DNA of 63,851 nucleotides, the filler included, from Candidatus Zhuqueibacterota bacterium (GTDB taxonomy: Bacteria > BS750m-G25), in assembly GCA_016783505.1 (NCBI GenBank). It is 4 parts of 4 records of this genome, joined end to end, with 100 filler letters (N's around TTAATTAATTAA, not from the genome) between each part and the next. Parts side by side here need not be neighbours in the genome. Positions count along the whole stretch, not along the records: positions 1 to 27,683 come from JADHWK010000034.1; positions 27,784 to 52,832 come from JADHWK010000035.1; 2 more parts are not named here. One strand, 5' to 3'. This document shows, in pieces, positions 19,181 to 29,373 of this stretch. Numbering within the stretch: the stretch's first letter is position 1; each line of letters begins with the position of its first letter. The translations under genes were made by a program, and so were the position numbers. The notes under the pieces were generated by a model. It was not told where the DNA came from. It worked only from the letters and a program-made list of their open reading frames with translations, and ran no database searches.

Positions 19181-20149
19181 TTAGAACTCGATGCTGGGAC
19201 GTACAAAAAACTGACTCACTACAATTTCATCCGCTAAAATAAGACCCGTTGACCGGTCAAAGGTCCGTTTTCTCTCAAATAGAATCCCCACGTCCAGGGT
19301 CAATTGCATATCCCAGAACAGATGGATCGGGAACATTTTTCCGTAAGAAAGGAGCAGTTTGGTGAGGGGGCGCTTGGGGCCAAAGTCCCGGAGGGGGAAT
19401 TGCATCTCATATTCCCAGCGACAATTTTGCCCCGGGGTGAACTTTGGGGCCCCAGGATCCATTCGTCTCCGCCGGAAAGATAGGATAAGAACATCGGGAA
19501 GCTCGCCCTTTTGGTGAAGCTTTACCCCGGCCTTAAAATCCCAGCTAAACTCACCGGCACCGGATCCTATCACCCTTACCCCCCGCATTTTCCCCATTAA
19601 CTGAACCCAGTAGTCCTTAAACAACCAACTGTCCAAAAAACTCTGGTTCCCCACCGTCAGCACCACCCCTATGATCCCCTTTCCCCTGTACTTAAGTTTC
19701 CAGTTCTGAAAATCTAAAATGTCGTAAAAGGTTAAAATGTCACCCAGAAAGAAGGATAGGGAATAGGGTTGTTCATACCCCGAGCTCACCATGCGTAGCA
19801 GGTTCACATCACTGTAGAAATGAAAGCGATTAAAAAGTCTGGGATAGTCCCGCTCCAACCAGGCACCCCAAAACGGCAGGGGATAAAGGGTAAACTCCAC
19901 CAACATAAATTGGGGGATCATGACCTCCCGGAGCAGGTCCCGATAAAGCTTCCCCTCCTCCTCGGTCCAGATCTCCAGGGCCCGGTCCCGTACCAAGTCC
20001 TGATAGAAGCTGGTATGACTTTTATATGGATCGAAGACCAAGGCCCATCCACCCCGGCGGCCGGACACCGTCCAGGTCCGGTGAAGACCCAGGGTACATT
20101 CGTAAAAGACGAACACCAAAAGAAAAGATAACGATATTTTCCCCGCCAT
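19181..20149 (-). CDS. Hypothetical exported/outer-membrane protein
   Basis: 322-aa ORF, signal-like N-terminus, C-terminal Phe; no family recognised. Confidence 0.65.
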   Translation of the reverse strand: MAGKISLSFLLVFVFYECTLGLHRTWTVSGRRGGWALVFDPYKSHTSFYQDLVRDRALEIWTEEEGKLYRDLLREVMIPQFMLVEFTLYPLPFWGAWLERDYPRLFNRFHFYSDVNLLRMVSSGYEQPYSLSFFLGDILTFYDILDFQNWKLKYRGKGIIGVVLTVGNQSFLDSWLFKDYWVQLMGKMRGVRVIGSGAGEFSWDFKAGVKLHQKGELPDVLILSFRRRRMDPGAPKFTPGQNCRWEYEMQFPLRDFGPKRPLTKLLLSYGKMFPIHLFWDMQLTLDVGILFERKRTFDRSTGLILADEIVVSQFFVRPSIEF

Positions 20150-20269
20150 AAGATTTGATCCATCGGAATTTTAAACATGGATTCGGTAATTCTTTATATC
20201 ATTGGTGCAACCAAATAAAAAAGAATATATGTTTTGATTGTTGATTGTTAATTGCAGATTGTTTAATTT

Positions 20270-20448
20270 TTAAATCCTTAATTTTCCAGTTAATTTTATT
20301 AAGGTATTGATTTCTTTTGGGAGTTTTCTTAACCCGTCCATAATATGTTCATTTTCTTCTTTGAAACAATTTCCCAAACATAACCGTCAAGCTCAGAAGC
20401 AATTTGGTAAAGTGTTATATCTTCTAGTTTTAAAAAATCTTTCTTCAT
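20270..20448 (-). pseudogene. Four-helix-bundle protein remnant with internal deletion
   Basis: MKKDFLKLEDITLYQIASELDGYVWEIVSK joined out of frame to ..HIMDGLRKLPKEINTLIKLTGKLRI*; flanked by inverted TTGATTG/CAATCAA arrays. Confidence 0.7.
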
Positions 20449-20595
20449 AACAATCAACAATCAGCAATCAAACTAAATCTTTCAATTATCATTTTATTGA
20501 AGGAATAATATTGTTGTTTAAAGGTGTGATTTTCAGCACATTAAAGAGTGACGGAGATCATTGCTTTTGCCAAAAAAGAGGGGTAAATTAGTAGT

Positions 20596-20715
20596 GTCAA
20601 AACGATCTTGAGAAAAGTTCAAGCCGTTACTGTGGGATCATCTTTCACCCTCCCTTACGCAGTAACGACTTGTCGGAGGGGCCCAGCCGAGGTCGACTGT
20701 TGGGCCCTTCTTTTT
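20596..20715 (+). ncRNA. Candidate small RNA with anti-Shine-Dalgarno loop
   Basis: TTGCTT-17-TAAATT promoter (20561-20589), stem AAGCCGTTACTGTG/CGCAGTAACGACTT enclosing CTTTCACCCTCCCTT, then a GC hairpin and TTTTT. Confidence 0.5.
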
Positions 20716-20992
20716 AATCTTCCCCCTCTGATGCAATTTGAATAATAATACGCTGGTTTTCCTCCTCGATCTCGGCCAGCGTTCCCTCATATCCCCCCTC
20801 GACCATACCCTTCAGGGCCTCCAGATCGATAGATTTCTCCTTCAACTTTTCCTTGGCAATACCGGGGATAAAATTGAACACCCATCTAAAGGCTGCCAAG
20901 GGAATTTTGACCCTCGTCTTAGGTTTTTCCAGATCCCCCTCATAGATGATAATGCGGAGAAACTTCTTCTTGGAATGGGTTTCTGTTGGCAT
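20714..20992 (-). CDS. Small hypothetical protein
   Basis: 92 aa, KFLRIIIYEGD..KTRVKIPL..GTLAEIEEE..IIIQI; no function assignable. Confidence 0.7.
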   Translation of the reverse strand: MPTETHSKKKFLRIIIYEGDLEKPKTRVKIPLAAFRWVFNFIPGIAKEKLKEKSIDLEALKGMVEGGYEGTLAEIEEENQRIIIQIASEGED

Positions 20993-21156
20993 TGCTTTCT
21001 TTCATTTATAATATGGTCTATAAAATAAAGAATAGATTCAATATTCTTTTCATTAAACCTTATTAAGGTTTTAAACCTTCGGAATGTTGACTTTTGTAAT
21101 ATATCACTTTTTCCTAAAAAAGCAAGAAAAATATTTTCTAGCCCATTTTTTTTAAT

Positions 21157-21180
21157 AAAAAGCCTTCCCGATGGAAGGCC
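21157..21180 (-). terminator. Terminator after the DmpA-family gene
   Basis: GGCCTTCC-atcg-GGAAGGC-TTTTT on the minus strand. Confidence 0.7.
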
Positions 21181-21208
21181 ATAGCTTATTTTATTAAACC
21201 GCCCCCAT

Positions 21209-22369
21209 CTACTCCTTTGGTGGAATATGACGGTGAAGATTCAAGACATTATATTTTTTACAAATTTCCACTATCTTGTCCACCGGTATCGCCCTGACCT
21301 GATGCTCATCCCTCCCCTTAACCGTAGTGGCCTTGAGAAGGGAATTGTAGACGGCCTCTTCGGTAGCCTCAACCACGGCTAAGAATAGGGGGGACATAAA
21401 ATCGTTATGCAGTAATTCAATTGAGTAGCTTGGTTCCCCAGGATCATAAGGGATGCGGTATGCGGTGGAGAAGGCGATGACGTAGTCCCCGCTGCCGTTG
21501 GCGGAGAAGGAGCCGGTCCGCGCTAACCCGAGCCACCCCCGTTTGGCCAGCCTTTTCAAGTTGCGGGGGGAAAGGGGGGCGTCGGTGGCCACCACGATCA
21601 TGCAGGAACCGCCGGTCTGATAGGGCACCCCTTCGCTGAGATAAAACTTGCCCAGTTCCCTTCCCACCGGGGCCCCATTTATTGTCAAAATCCCCCCAAA
21701 GTTAGTCTGGACCAGGACGCCAACCACGTAGCCACCCTGATTCATGGGCAGTACCCGGGAGGAGGTCCCCATGCCCCCTTTGAAACCCAGGCAGCGGGTC
21801 CCCGTCCCCGCCCCCACTGCGCCCTCCTCAACCGGGCCCGCTCGGGCGTTTTTGATGGCAGCCAGCACATCCCCTTCGGTCACATGCAGGCCCCGGATGT
21901 CGTTCAGATAGCCGTCATTGGTCTCCCCCACCACAGCGTTGATGGAGTGGACTTCCTCGTTTCCTGGAAGGCTCAGGGTATAGTTGATCAACGCCTTAAC
22001 GGCAGTAGGAACGCTCAGGGTATTAGTGAGGACGATGGGCGTTTCAATATTACCCAGTTCCTCCAACTGGGTGTATCCCGCCAGTTTACCGAAGCCATTG
22101 CCCACCCAGATGGCTGCTGGCACCTTTTCCTGAAAAATATTTCCCCCATGGGGCAGAATAGCGGTCACCCCGGTACGGATGTTCTTTCCCTTCCAAACAG
22201 TCTTGTAACCGACCCGTACCCCCTTCACGTCGGTGATCGCATTAAACTTCCCCGGCGCCAGAATCCCCACTTCAATCCCAATCTCCCGGGCCCGGGGGCG
22301 GGGGGACTGGCCCCAGACAGATGGACTTTGGGACAACAAAATCAGAAAAAAGTACAGATAAAATCGCAT
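21209..22369 (-). CDS. P1/S58 family peptidase (DmpA-like aminopeptidase), exported
   Basis: NAITDV, NGFGK, VGETND, GAGTG, G-SCMIVVATDAPL autocleavage site, NGSGD. Confidence 0.92.
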   Translation of the reverse strand: MRFYLYFFLILLSQSPSVWGQSPRPRAREIGIEVGILAPGKFNAITDVKGVRVGYKTVWKGKNIRTGVTAILPHGGNIFQEKVPAAIWVGNGFGKLAGYTQLEELGNIETPIVLTNTLSVPTAVKALINYTLSLPGNEEVHSINAVVGETNDGYLNDIRGLHVTEGDVLAAIKNARAGPVEEGAVGAGTGTRCLGFKGGMGTSSRVLPMNQGGYVVGVLVQTNFGGILTINGAPVGRELGKFYLSEGVPYQTGGSCMIVVATDAPLSPRNLKRLAKRGWLGLARTGSFSANGSGDYVIAFSTAYRIPYDPGEPSYSIELLHNDFMSPLFLAVVEATEEAVYNSLLKATTVKGRDEHQVRAIPVDKIVEICKKYNVLNLHRHIPPKE

Positions 22370-22441
22370 AGGAAGAAATTTTAACTGGAATAATGGAGAA
22401 AACCCAGCTTCTCAAACCAAAGGATTAGATTATCCACTTTT

Positions 22442-23767
22442 CTATCCTTTACCAATACCCTTATAAACAAAGCCAACTTCCCTCACTTCTGGGCCCCGGA
22501 AGACATTGCGGCCGTCCACCAGAGTGGGAGTCCTCATCAACTTTTTAGCCTGTTTTAAATCAAGGTCAAAATAACATTTATGTTTGGTCACAATAACCGC
22601 ACAATCGGCCCCTTTCAGGGCCTCGTCCAGATTACGCGTCAAAGTGACCCCCTCATACTCCCTCACAAAAGGGTCGTGCACGATCACCGAGGCCCCTTCC
22701 CTTTCCAACTCCTGGATCAACGGCCAGGCGGGGGTGTTCCGGGTGTCGTCCGAATCCTCTAAGTAGGCCAGACCCAACAGGGCGATCTGAGAACCCCGTA
22801 GGGGTCTCACTTTTTCCAGCAGCGCCTCTTTGACCAGTTCGGAGGTGTGATGGGGCATAAAGTCGTTCACCCGCCGGGCCAGGGCGATGACGTCGGTGTT
22901 GGCATCCTTCAGCCCGTATTCAGTCAGGCCGTAGCGCAAAAGCCAGGTGTCCTTGGGCAGGCAGTGCCCCCCTACCCCGGCCCCGGGGTAGTGCATATGC
23001 CGATCGTGCCGGGCGTTGATGAGTTTCCGTATCTCCCAAACATCAGCACCCATGGACTCACATACTAAGGCGATCTCGTTGGCAAAGGCGATGTTCACAT
23101 CCCGGTAGGCGTTCTCCACCGTCTTGGCCAGTTCGGCGGTGATACAATCGGTGGCCGTGATCTCCCTCTTCACTATTTTTTTATACATATCAACGGCCAT
23201 CTCGGTGCTCCTGGGGTCAATCCCCCCCACCACCCGGGGCATGTTGACTATGTATTCTAACAATTTGCCCGGCATCACTCGCTCGTAGGAAAAGGCTAAG
23301 TAAAAGTCCCTCCCCGCCTTCATCCCTGATGCCTCCTCTAAGATGGGCTGAACGATGTTCTGGGTGGTCCCCGGCGCCACCGTGGACTCAATTACCACCA
23401 GGACACCCTTTTTCATGTATTGTCCCGTGTTGCGACTGACTTCCCTTAAAGATAAGTACTGGGGGACCCGGTTCTCGTCAGTGGGGGTCTGAACATCAAT
23501 AAGGATGATGTCTGCATCCTTGCAGGCAGAAATATCATCGGTCACCCTGAAGGTTCCCTTTTTCACCACCTTAGCGATCAGCTCCGAAAGCCCGGGTTCG
23601 TCCCCCTCAAAGGGGTTCTTGCCGCTGTTCAGACACTCGATCTTCCAGCCCGATCGCCGCGAGCGCCTCTGCACCCCGGTGACATAAAAACCATCCACAT
23701 CCGCCAACAGCACCGCACAGGGGATGCCCACATAGCCCATACCGATGACCACAATTTTCTTCTCCAT
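22442..23767 (-). CDS. Nucleotide sugar dehydrogenase (UDP-ManNAc/GlcNAc dehydrogenase family)
   Basis: GMGYVG, ESTVAPGTT, ENAYRDVNIAFANE, GVGGHCLPKD. Confidence 0.92.
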   Translation of the reverse strand: MEKKIVVIGMGYVGIPCAVLLADVDGFYVTGVQRRSRRSGWKIECLNSGKNPFEGDEPGLSELIAKVVKKGTFRVTDDISACKDADIILIDVQTPTDENRVPQYLSLREVSRNTGQYMKKGVLVVIESTVAPGTTQNIVQPILEEASGMKAGRDFYLAFSYERVMPGKLLEYIVNMPRVVGGIDPRSTEMAVDMYKKIVKREITATDCITAELAKTVENAYRDVNIAFANEIALVCESMGADVWEIRKLINARHDRHMHYPGAGVGGHCLPKDTWLLRYGLTEYGLKDANTDVIALARRVNDFMPHHTSELVKEALLEKVRPLRGSQIALLGLAYLEDSDDTRNTPAWPLIQELEREGASVIVHDPFVREYEGVTLTRNLDEALKGADCAVIVTKHKCYFDLDLKQAKKLMRTPTLVDGRNVFRGPEVREVGFVYKGIGKG

Positions 23768-23781
23768 AACCTTTTCCCCTT

Positions 23782-24138
23782 CTAAATTTCTATGAGTTCC
23801 CCTACTTTGTCCAGAAATTCCCTCAACGGGAAGGGTTTTTGGAAAATAGCCTCCACCCGATGCTTTTTAACCTGGTCGGTATATTGCACTGGGTCATAGC
23901 CGGTGACCACGATGGCCTTCAGGTCGGGGTACTTCTCCCTCAGCTTACCGATGGTGGTGAAGCCATCCATGTGGGGAAGGCCGATGTCCACCACGTACAG
24001 GTCATATTGATAATTCTTGGCCAAGGCGGCAAACCCATCCCCCACCGTTTCAGTCTGATAATCGGCCAATAAGTCACGATAAAAATCCTGCAGGGCTTCC
24101 TCATCTTCGATGATTAGAATGGAGGGTTTAACCATCAT
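23782..24138 (-). CDS. Single-domain response regulator
   Basis: IEDE, VDIGLPHMDG, VTG, QKPF. Confidence 0.9.
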   Translation of the reverse strand: MMVKPSILIIEDEEALQDFYRDLLADYQTETVGDGFAALAKNYQYDLYVVDIGLPHMDGFTTIGKLREKYPDLKAIVVTGYDPVQYTDQVKKHRVEAIFQKPFPLREFLDKVGELIEI

Positions 24139-24213
24139 TATTATTCAGGTATCTTTTTTTAGCCAGACAAGCCAACTACGAATATCTCCTTATCCATTTA
24201 TCCATCTATCCAT

Positions 24214-26112
24214 TCATTCCTTCTGCTTGGGTATTTTTAAAGTAAAGGTGGTGTTCCCCGGCTTACTCTTAACCTCGATCTTCCCCCCATAGGGCTTAAG
24301 CAGCATGTAGGCACTGGAAAGCCCTAGACCCGTTCCCGTGGGCTTGCCGTTACCAGTAACTGAGAGGGGTTTGGTGGTAAAGAAGGGGTCGAACAGCCTG
24401 GAAATGTGTTCGGGGGGAATTCCAACACCGGTATCATGAAAATCAATACAGATAAAATCATCGTCCTGATAGGTAGTAATGGTTAGGGTTCTCTCCTCGG
24501 TATCATGCATGGCGTCAATGGAATTCCGCAGGATGTTGAGGATGGATTGACTGAAGTCGCTGTAGACCGCCCGGATGGGTTTTATGGAATCATCAAAATG
24601 GTATTCCTTATCAACGTTGTGTTTGAAATACATATCACCATCCAAAAAGGTTAGCTCCTCCTGTAATAGGTCGTTAATGTTAATCCACTGGGCTTCTTTT
24701 GCCTGTTCCTGCCGGCTCTTATACATCATGTTGACGATGATATCGCTCATCCGATTAGCCTGGTTAACAATTTTGGTCATCACCCCGTTGACCTTTTTGC
24801 CAAGATTCTCCCGGAGCAGCATCTCCGCCCGACCTCTTATAACCGTTAGGGGGCTGTTCAGATTATGGGCAATGCCGGCCACCATGGTTCCAATGGCGGC
24901 CAACTTGCTTTCCTGTAAAAGCTCCAGTTGCATCTCACGCTGCTTCTGTTCAAGCCTTCTCTGCTCCGTTCGGTCTACGGTTATCCCCAACGACCCAATG
25001 GGCTTTCCTTCAACATCCCTTAACAGGGATGCCGTTATTGACATGACGACCCGGGAACCATCATTCTTCTTCAGGGTTGATTCAAAGGATTCCAGAAAAC
25101 CTTTTTTCAAGACAATTTTGGCAATATAATTTGCATCCTCCGGGTTTTCATAGAACTCAACCGCCTTCTTTTTGCCGATGACCTCATCAGCCCGATAACC
25201 CGTTAACAACTCCGCCCCTTTGTTGAAGATGATAAAATTTCCTTCCATATCAACCATGGTAATGGCCACCTGGGAATTATTAATGATATTCTCCAGATAT
25301 TCTTTAGCCTCCTTAAGCTCCCTGGTTCGCTGTTCGACCTTTTTCTCCAGCTCCAGATTTAGTTGCTGGATTTCTTCACGGGACAGCTTTATATCCCGGA
25401 TCATCTCGTTAAATGACTGGGCTAAAACCCCGAGTTCATCGGATGTCTTAACCTCCAGTCGCTGGTCCAGATCACCCCGGGCGGCCTTTCTGGTGGCTGC
25501 AGTAAGTTGGACAACGGGACCGGTGACCACCCGGGATAGAACCACGGCTCCGAACCAGCCCAAAAGAATGGCCATCAATCCGATAAACAGCAGGGTTAAA
25601 CGGGTCCGCCGCAGGTCCTCATACATCCCCGCCAGCGACAGCCCAATGCGGACCGTGCCCCACTTTGCGGTAGATCCCTCCACATAAACGGGAACGGCTA
25701 CGTCCAATAACCGGGCCGAGGACCCGGAAGCGTCCCTAAAGTGGTGGTACTGGATGATAGATTTAGGAGCCAAAAATGCCGTCTTTCCTACTTGGTCACT
25801 GATCTCCTCACCCTGGCGGTGGAGGGCTCCGCTGTAAGCAGCAATCCTACCCTCCTTATCCAGGATAATAGCATAACTGATATCTTCTTCCTTAGCAGCC
25901 TGGTCAACATTATACTGCAGCGCCGCATAGTTGTATCCTAACAGGGCGTTGGTGCTGACGGCCCCCAGACTCCGGGCGATGGCCAATCCCTTCTGCTGGG
26001 TATGGTGCAAAAGCGCTGCTGTCTGTCTCTGGTCGAGGGCGACCATCGCCAAGCCGATCACCACTACGATCAAGGAAAAGAAAGACAATAAAAATTTCGA
26101 TCTGAGTTTCAT
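24214..26112 (-). CDS. Membrane sensor histidine kinase (periplasmic sensor, HAMP, PAS, HisKA, HATPase)
   Basis: Two TM helices, DELGVLAQSFN HAMP, FNKGAELLTGY PAS, IAHNLNSPL H-box, DTGVGI, FFTTK, GTGLGL. Confidence 0.93.
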   Translation of the reverse strand: MKLRSKFLLSFFSLIVVVIGLAMVALDQRQTAALLHHTQQKGLAIARSLGAVSTNALLGYNYAALQYNVDQAAKEEDISYAIILDKEGRIAAYSGALHRQGEEISDQVGKTAFLAPKSIIQYHHFRDASGSSARLLDVAVPVYVEGSTAKWGTVRIGLSLAGMYEDLRRTRLTLLFIGLMAILLGWFGAVVLSRVVTGPVVQLTAATRKAARGDLDQRLEVKTSDELGVLAQSFNEMIRDIKLSREEIQQLNLELEKKVEQRTRELKEAKEYLENIINNSQVAITMVDMEGNFIIFNKGAELLTGYRADEVIGKKKAVEFYENPEDANYIAKIVLKKGFLESFESTLKKNDGSRVVMSITASLLRDVEGKPIGSLGITVDRTEQRRLEQKQREMQLELLQESKLAAIGTMVAGIAHNLNSPLTVIRGRAEMLLRENLGKKVNGVMTKIVNQANRMSDIIVNMMYKSRQEQAKEAQWININDLLQEELTFLDGDMYFKHNVDKEYHFDDSIKPIRAVYSDFSQSILNILRNSIDAMHDTEERTLTITTYQDDDFICIDFHDTGVGIPPEHISRLFDPFFTTKPLSVTGNGKPTGTGLGLSSAYMLLKPYGGKIEVKSKPGNTTFTLKIPKQKE

Positions 26113-26120
26113 TATGACCT

Positions 26121-27683
26121 TCAATCAATTTTATCTTTGGAAAACCAGATTTTTCCCATAGGAAGGTTGGCCATCCCAAAGGGACTCATCTCAACCCCAT
26201 TGACATAGGATTTCAAAGCATAAGTATTAATAGTATGATCCAGGGGAACGATGGGACAATCTTCCAAAATTATCCCCTCTGCCTGTTGATAAAGGCCGAT
26301 TCTCTTCTGGGGGTCCCACTCCCGTCGAGCCTCCTCTAATAAGTTGTCCACACGCTCGTTTTTGTAGTTAAAGTAATTATTCGATCCGTGAGAGTGAAAC
26401 AGACTAAATAAGAAGGAATCGGGATCAGGAATGTCAGCCACCCATCCCAGAGAGAACATTGGGACCCTTTTTCCCATTATCCCTCGATCAAACTCTAACC
26501 AACCGGTCCCTTTCATCACCACATCAATCCCCACCGCCTTTAAATCCTCAACCAAAAGGTAATCATTTTCGTACAATTCAACATCCTCGGTAACGGTCCA
26601 ATATTCAATAGAATAACGTTTATTATTTAAAAGGGCTCTGGCCTTTTGGGGGTCAAAAGGTAAAACTTTGGGGGACAGGGTATAACCTGGAATACCAGGG
26701 GGGAAAATACCGGTGGCTTCAATAAACTGATCTTCCCCTAAAGACAATAATCGTTTTCTATTAATAGCGAATTGGATAGCTCTTCTAAAATCAGGGTCAT
26801 CAAAGGGCCTGGTAGCCAGGTTAAAACCCAGGTATTCCAGATCCATTCCAACCCTTTTAATTATTTTATATTCTTTTTCTTTTTCAAAATCTTTCCATTC
26901 CCCGATGGGTATATAGGTCATATCCAAAAGACCTTTACGAAAATCGGAGGCGCTTTTATCATCCGAATAATTTACCGGCACGTAAAAAATTAAAGAATCC
27001 AAATAAGGTCGACCCCCATAGTAACCGTTAAAGGCGGCCAAAACGATCTTTTCCCCCGGTTCCCAGGAGACAAACCGGAACGGTCCCGTCCCCACCGGAT
27101 GGTCCCCAAACCCCTGCCCTCCCATCCGCTCAACCTCTTCCTGGGGCACCACTTTGGCATTATCCCCGGCCAGAACAGAGAGAAAGGTAATAGAGGGATA
27201 CTCTAGTTCAATCACCAGCTCATAATCATCCTTAGACCAAAGCCCGGCTATCTTTTCCGCCCTTCCCTGAAGATAAACCTGGGCCCCCTTGATAATTTTT
27301 AAATGCTCCTGGGCGATGGTGGGGACCCTGATTTCCTGATCAAATATCCTCGTAAACGAATGTACAAAATCTTGGGTTCTTAATTCCCGACCGGTATGAA
27401 ATTTGACCCCCTTCTTTAACTTAAAGATGTAGGTTTTTTTATCCTTTGAGATTGTCCAACTTTCCGCCAATGCCGGGACGGGGTTTAAGTTCACATCAAA
27501 ACGGAGCAGGCCGTCGAAGATTTGGTGTATGATGGAGCTCTCATAAACGTCGTCTACAAAGGCAGGGTCTAAGGTCTGGGGAACATCCTGACATACCCGG
27601 AAGGTCCCGCCGTAAACGGGGGCTTGGATGGCTGGAATTTTCGGTGCCTCCTTCTTTTTGGCACAAACCATAGCCAGGGCTGC
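26121..27683 (-). CDS. ABC transporter substrate-binding protein family 5 (5' truncated by contig end)
   Basis: YGGT, TLDPA, LAESW, GVKFH, PVGTGPF, WVADIPDPD. Confidence 0.9.
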   Translation of the reverse strand, partial: AALAMVCAKKKEAPKIPAIQAPVYGGTFRVCQDVPQTLDPAFVDDVYESSIIHQIFDGLLRFDVNLNPVPALAESWTISKDKKTYIFKLKKGVKFHTGRELRTQDFVHSFTRIFDQEIRVPTIAQEHLKIIKGAQVYLQGRAEKIAGLWSKDDYELVIELEYPSITFLSVLAGDNAKVVPQEEVERMGGQGFGDHPVGTGPFRFVSWEPGEKIVLAAFNGYYGGRPYLDSLIFYVPVNYSDDKSASDFRKGLLDMTYIPIGEWKDFEKEKEYKIIKRVGMDLEYLGFNLATRPFDDPDFRRAIQFAINRKRLLSLGEDQFIEATGIFPPGIPGYTLSPKVLPFDPQKARALLNNKRYSIEYWTVTEDVELYENDYLLVEDLKAVGIDVVMKGTGWLEFDRGIMGKRVPMFSLGWVADIPDPDSFLFSLFHSHGSNNYFNYKNERVDNLLEEARREWDPQKRIGLYQQAEGIILEDCPIVPLDHTINTYALKSYVNGVEMSPFGMANLPMGKIWFSKDKID

Positions 27684-27783
27684 NNNNNNNNNNNNNNNNN
27701 NNNNNNNNNNNNNNNNNNNNNNNNNNNTTAATTAATTAANNNNNNNNNNNNNNNNNNNNNNNNNNNNNNNNNNNNNNNNNNNN
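27684..27783. other. Artificial contig linker
   Basis: N run, TTAATTAATTAA (stops in all six frames), N run. Confidence 0.99.
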
Positions 27784-28934
27784 TAGCCAATTCGCTGGCC
27801 ATGGGGTTAGCCCGGGTGACCGGAGATACCCCCGATCCCCCTGGGGGTGAGATCGTGCGGGACCCTGAAACCGGGGAGCCCACCGGCCTCTTCAAGGATG
27901 AAGCCAAGGATTTGATCAACCGGGTCATACCCCCCCCATCCGAAGATGATAGGATGGAGGCCATTCGAGCCGCCCTGAGGGAGGCCGCCCGGTTCGGGGT
28001 GACCAGTATCCAGGACAATGCCTCAGCCGAGGACCTGCACTGCTATCAGAAACTTCACCAAAGCGGCGACCTCAGCGTACGCATCAACGCCTGGACCCAT
28101 ATTGATAGATGGGATGGAATGGGAACCCTGGGTTTAGAGCAGGATTTCGGGGACGATTGGCTGAGGTTGGGGACAGTGAAACTATTCGCCGATGGCTCCA
28201 TGGGAGCGGGGACGGCCCTATTTTGGGAACCCTACCAGGATGATCCCGCTACCTGCGGGATCGCCATTTATCCCTACTCCAAGCTGGAAGAGCTGATCTT
28301 AAAGTTGGATAAGGCTGGGTTTCAGGTTGCCTGTCACGCCATCGGGGACAAGGCCAATCACTGGGTCCTGAACGCCTTCGAGAAGGCCCTCCAGGTAAAT
28401 AAGAAAAGGATAAGGCGACACCGGATTGAGCACGCTCAGGTGGTGGACCGGGGGGATCTTTCCCGTTTCAAAGAACTTGGAGTGGTGGCCTCCATCCAGC
28501 CCTCCCACTGCATTGACGATATGAGGTGGGCGGAGAAGAGGATTGGAAAGGACCGCTGCCGCCAGGCCTACCCTTTTCGTTCCCTTCTGGACGCAGGCGC
28601 CCGGGTCGCCTTCGGTACCGACTGGCCGGTAGAAACCCTGAACCCGATGATCGGTCTTTATGCCGCGGTGACCCGGGAATTTACCCAGGGAGGGCCCCCT
28701 GGAGGGTGGTTTCCCGGGGAGAAGATCTCCATGGTTAAGGCTATCGAATGCTATACCCTGGGTTCCGCCTTCGCTGAGTTTCGGGAGGATGTAAAGGGAT
28801 CCATCGGGGCAGGAAAATTGGCTGACCTGGTGGTGCTGTCGAAAAACCTGCTGACGATTTCCCCCCCGGAAATCCTAAAGATCGAGATTCTGTATACCAT
28901 TGTAGGGGGGAAAGTGGTCTATGAAAGACCTTAA
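27784..28934 (+). CDS. Amidohydrolase (YtcJ/amidohydrolase_3 family), 3' part
   Basis: KLFADGS, HAIGD, RIEHAQ, FGTDWPV, GKLADLVVL; the 5' part is at 52933-53582 on the minus strand. Confidence 0.92.
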
Positions 28935-29373
28935 GTTTTATTTCTAATAGAATACTAGTGAAGCTTCTTCTTAAACCGACGAAGCACGAAGTCAGTAAGA
29001 ATCCGCCTACGGCGGACGAATATCGAAATCTCTCAGAGCCATTGGCTCTACGAGCCATAGGCCGAAACAAATTCCAATGACCCAGACGGGGAGCGTAGCC
29101 TCCTACCCAGACGGGTCTGAAGGACGGATCATCCGTATGGATGACCAAAATCTTAATGATCCAAACTAAGAAATTTTTGCCTAGAGCAACTCAGCTTTTG
29201 GCTGTTTTGAATTCCTGAACCTTTCAGTATCAGGTTTTGAACATTTGTCCGGAACCTTCGGGATCGAATTTCAAAACAGCATAGTTTGATATCAGCGTAA
29301 AAACTTGACATAAATTTTAAGATATTAGCTTTATTATGAAGACATCTTGCGTTTAAAAACGGAAAGGAAACCG

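Noticed and set aside
27684-27783. TTAATTAATTAA palindrome within N runs (three copies)
   Set aside because: Artificial contig spacer; ORFs ending in XXXLIN are artefacts, and adjacency across linkers is not biological.
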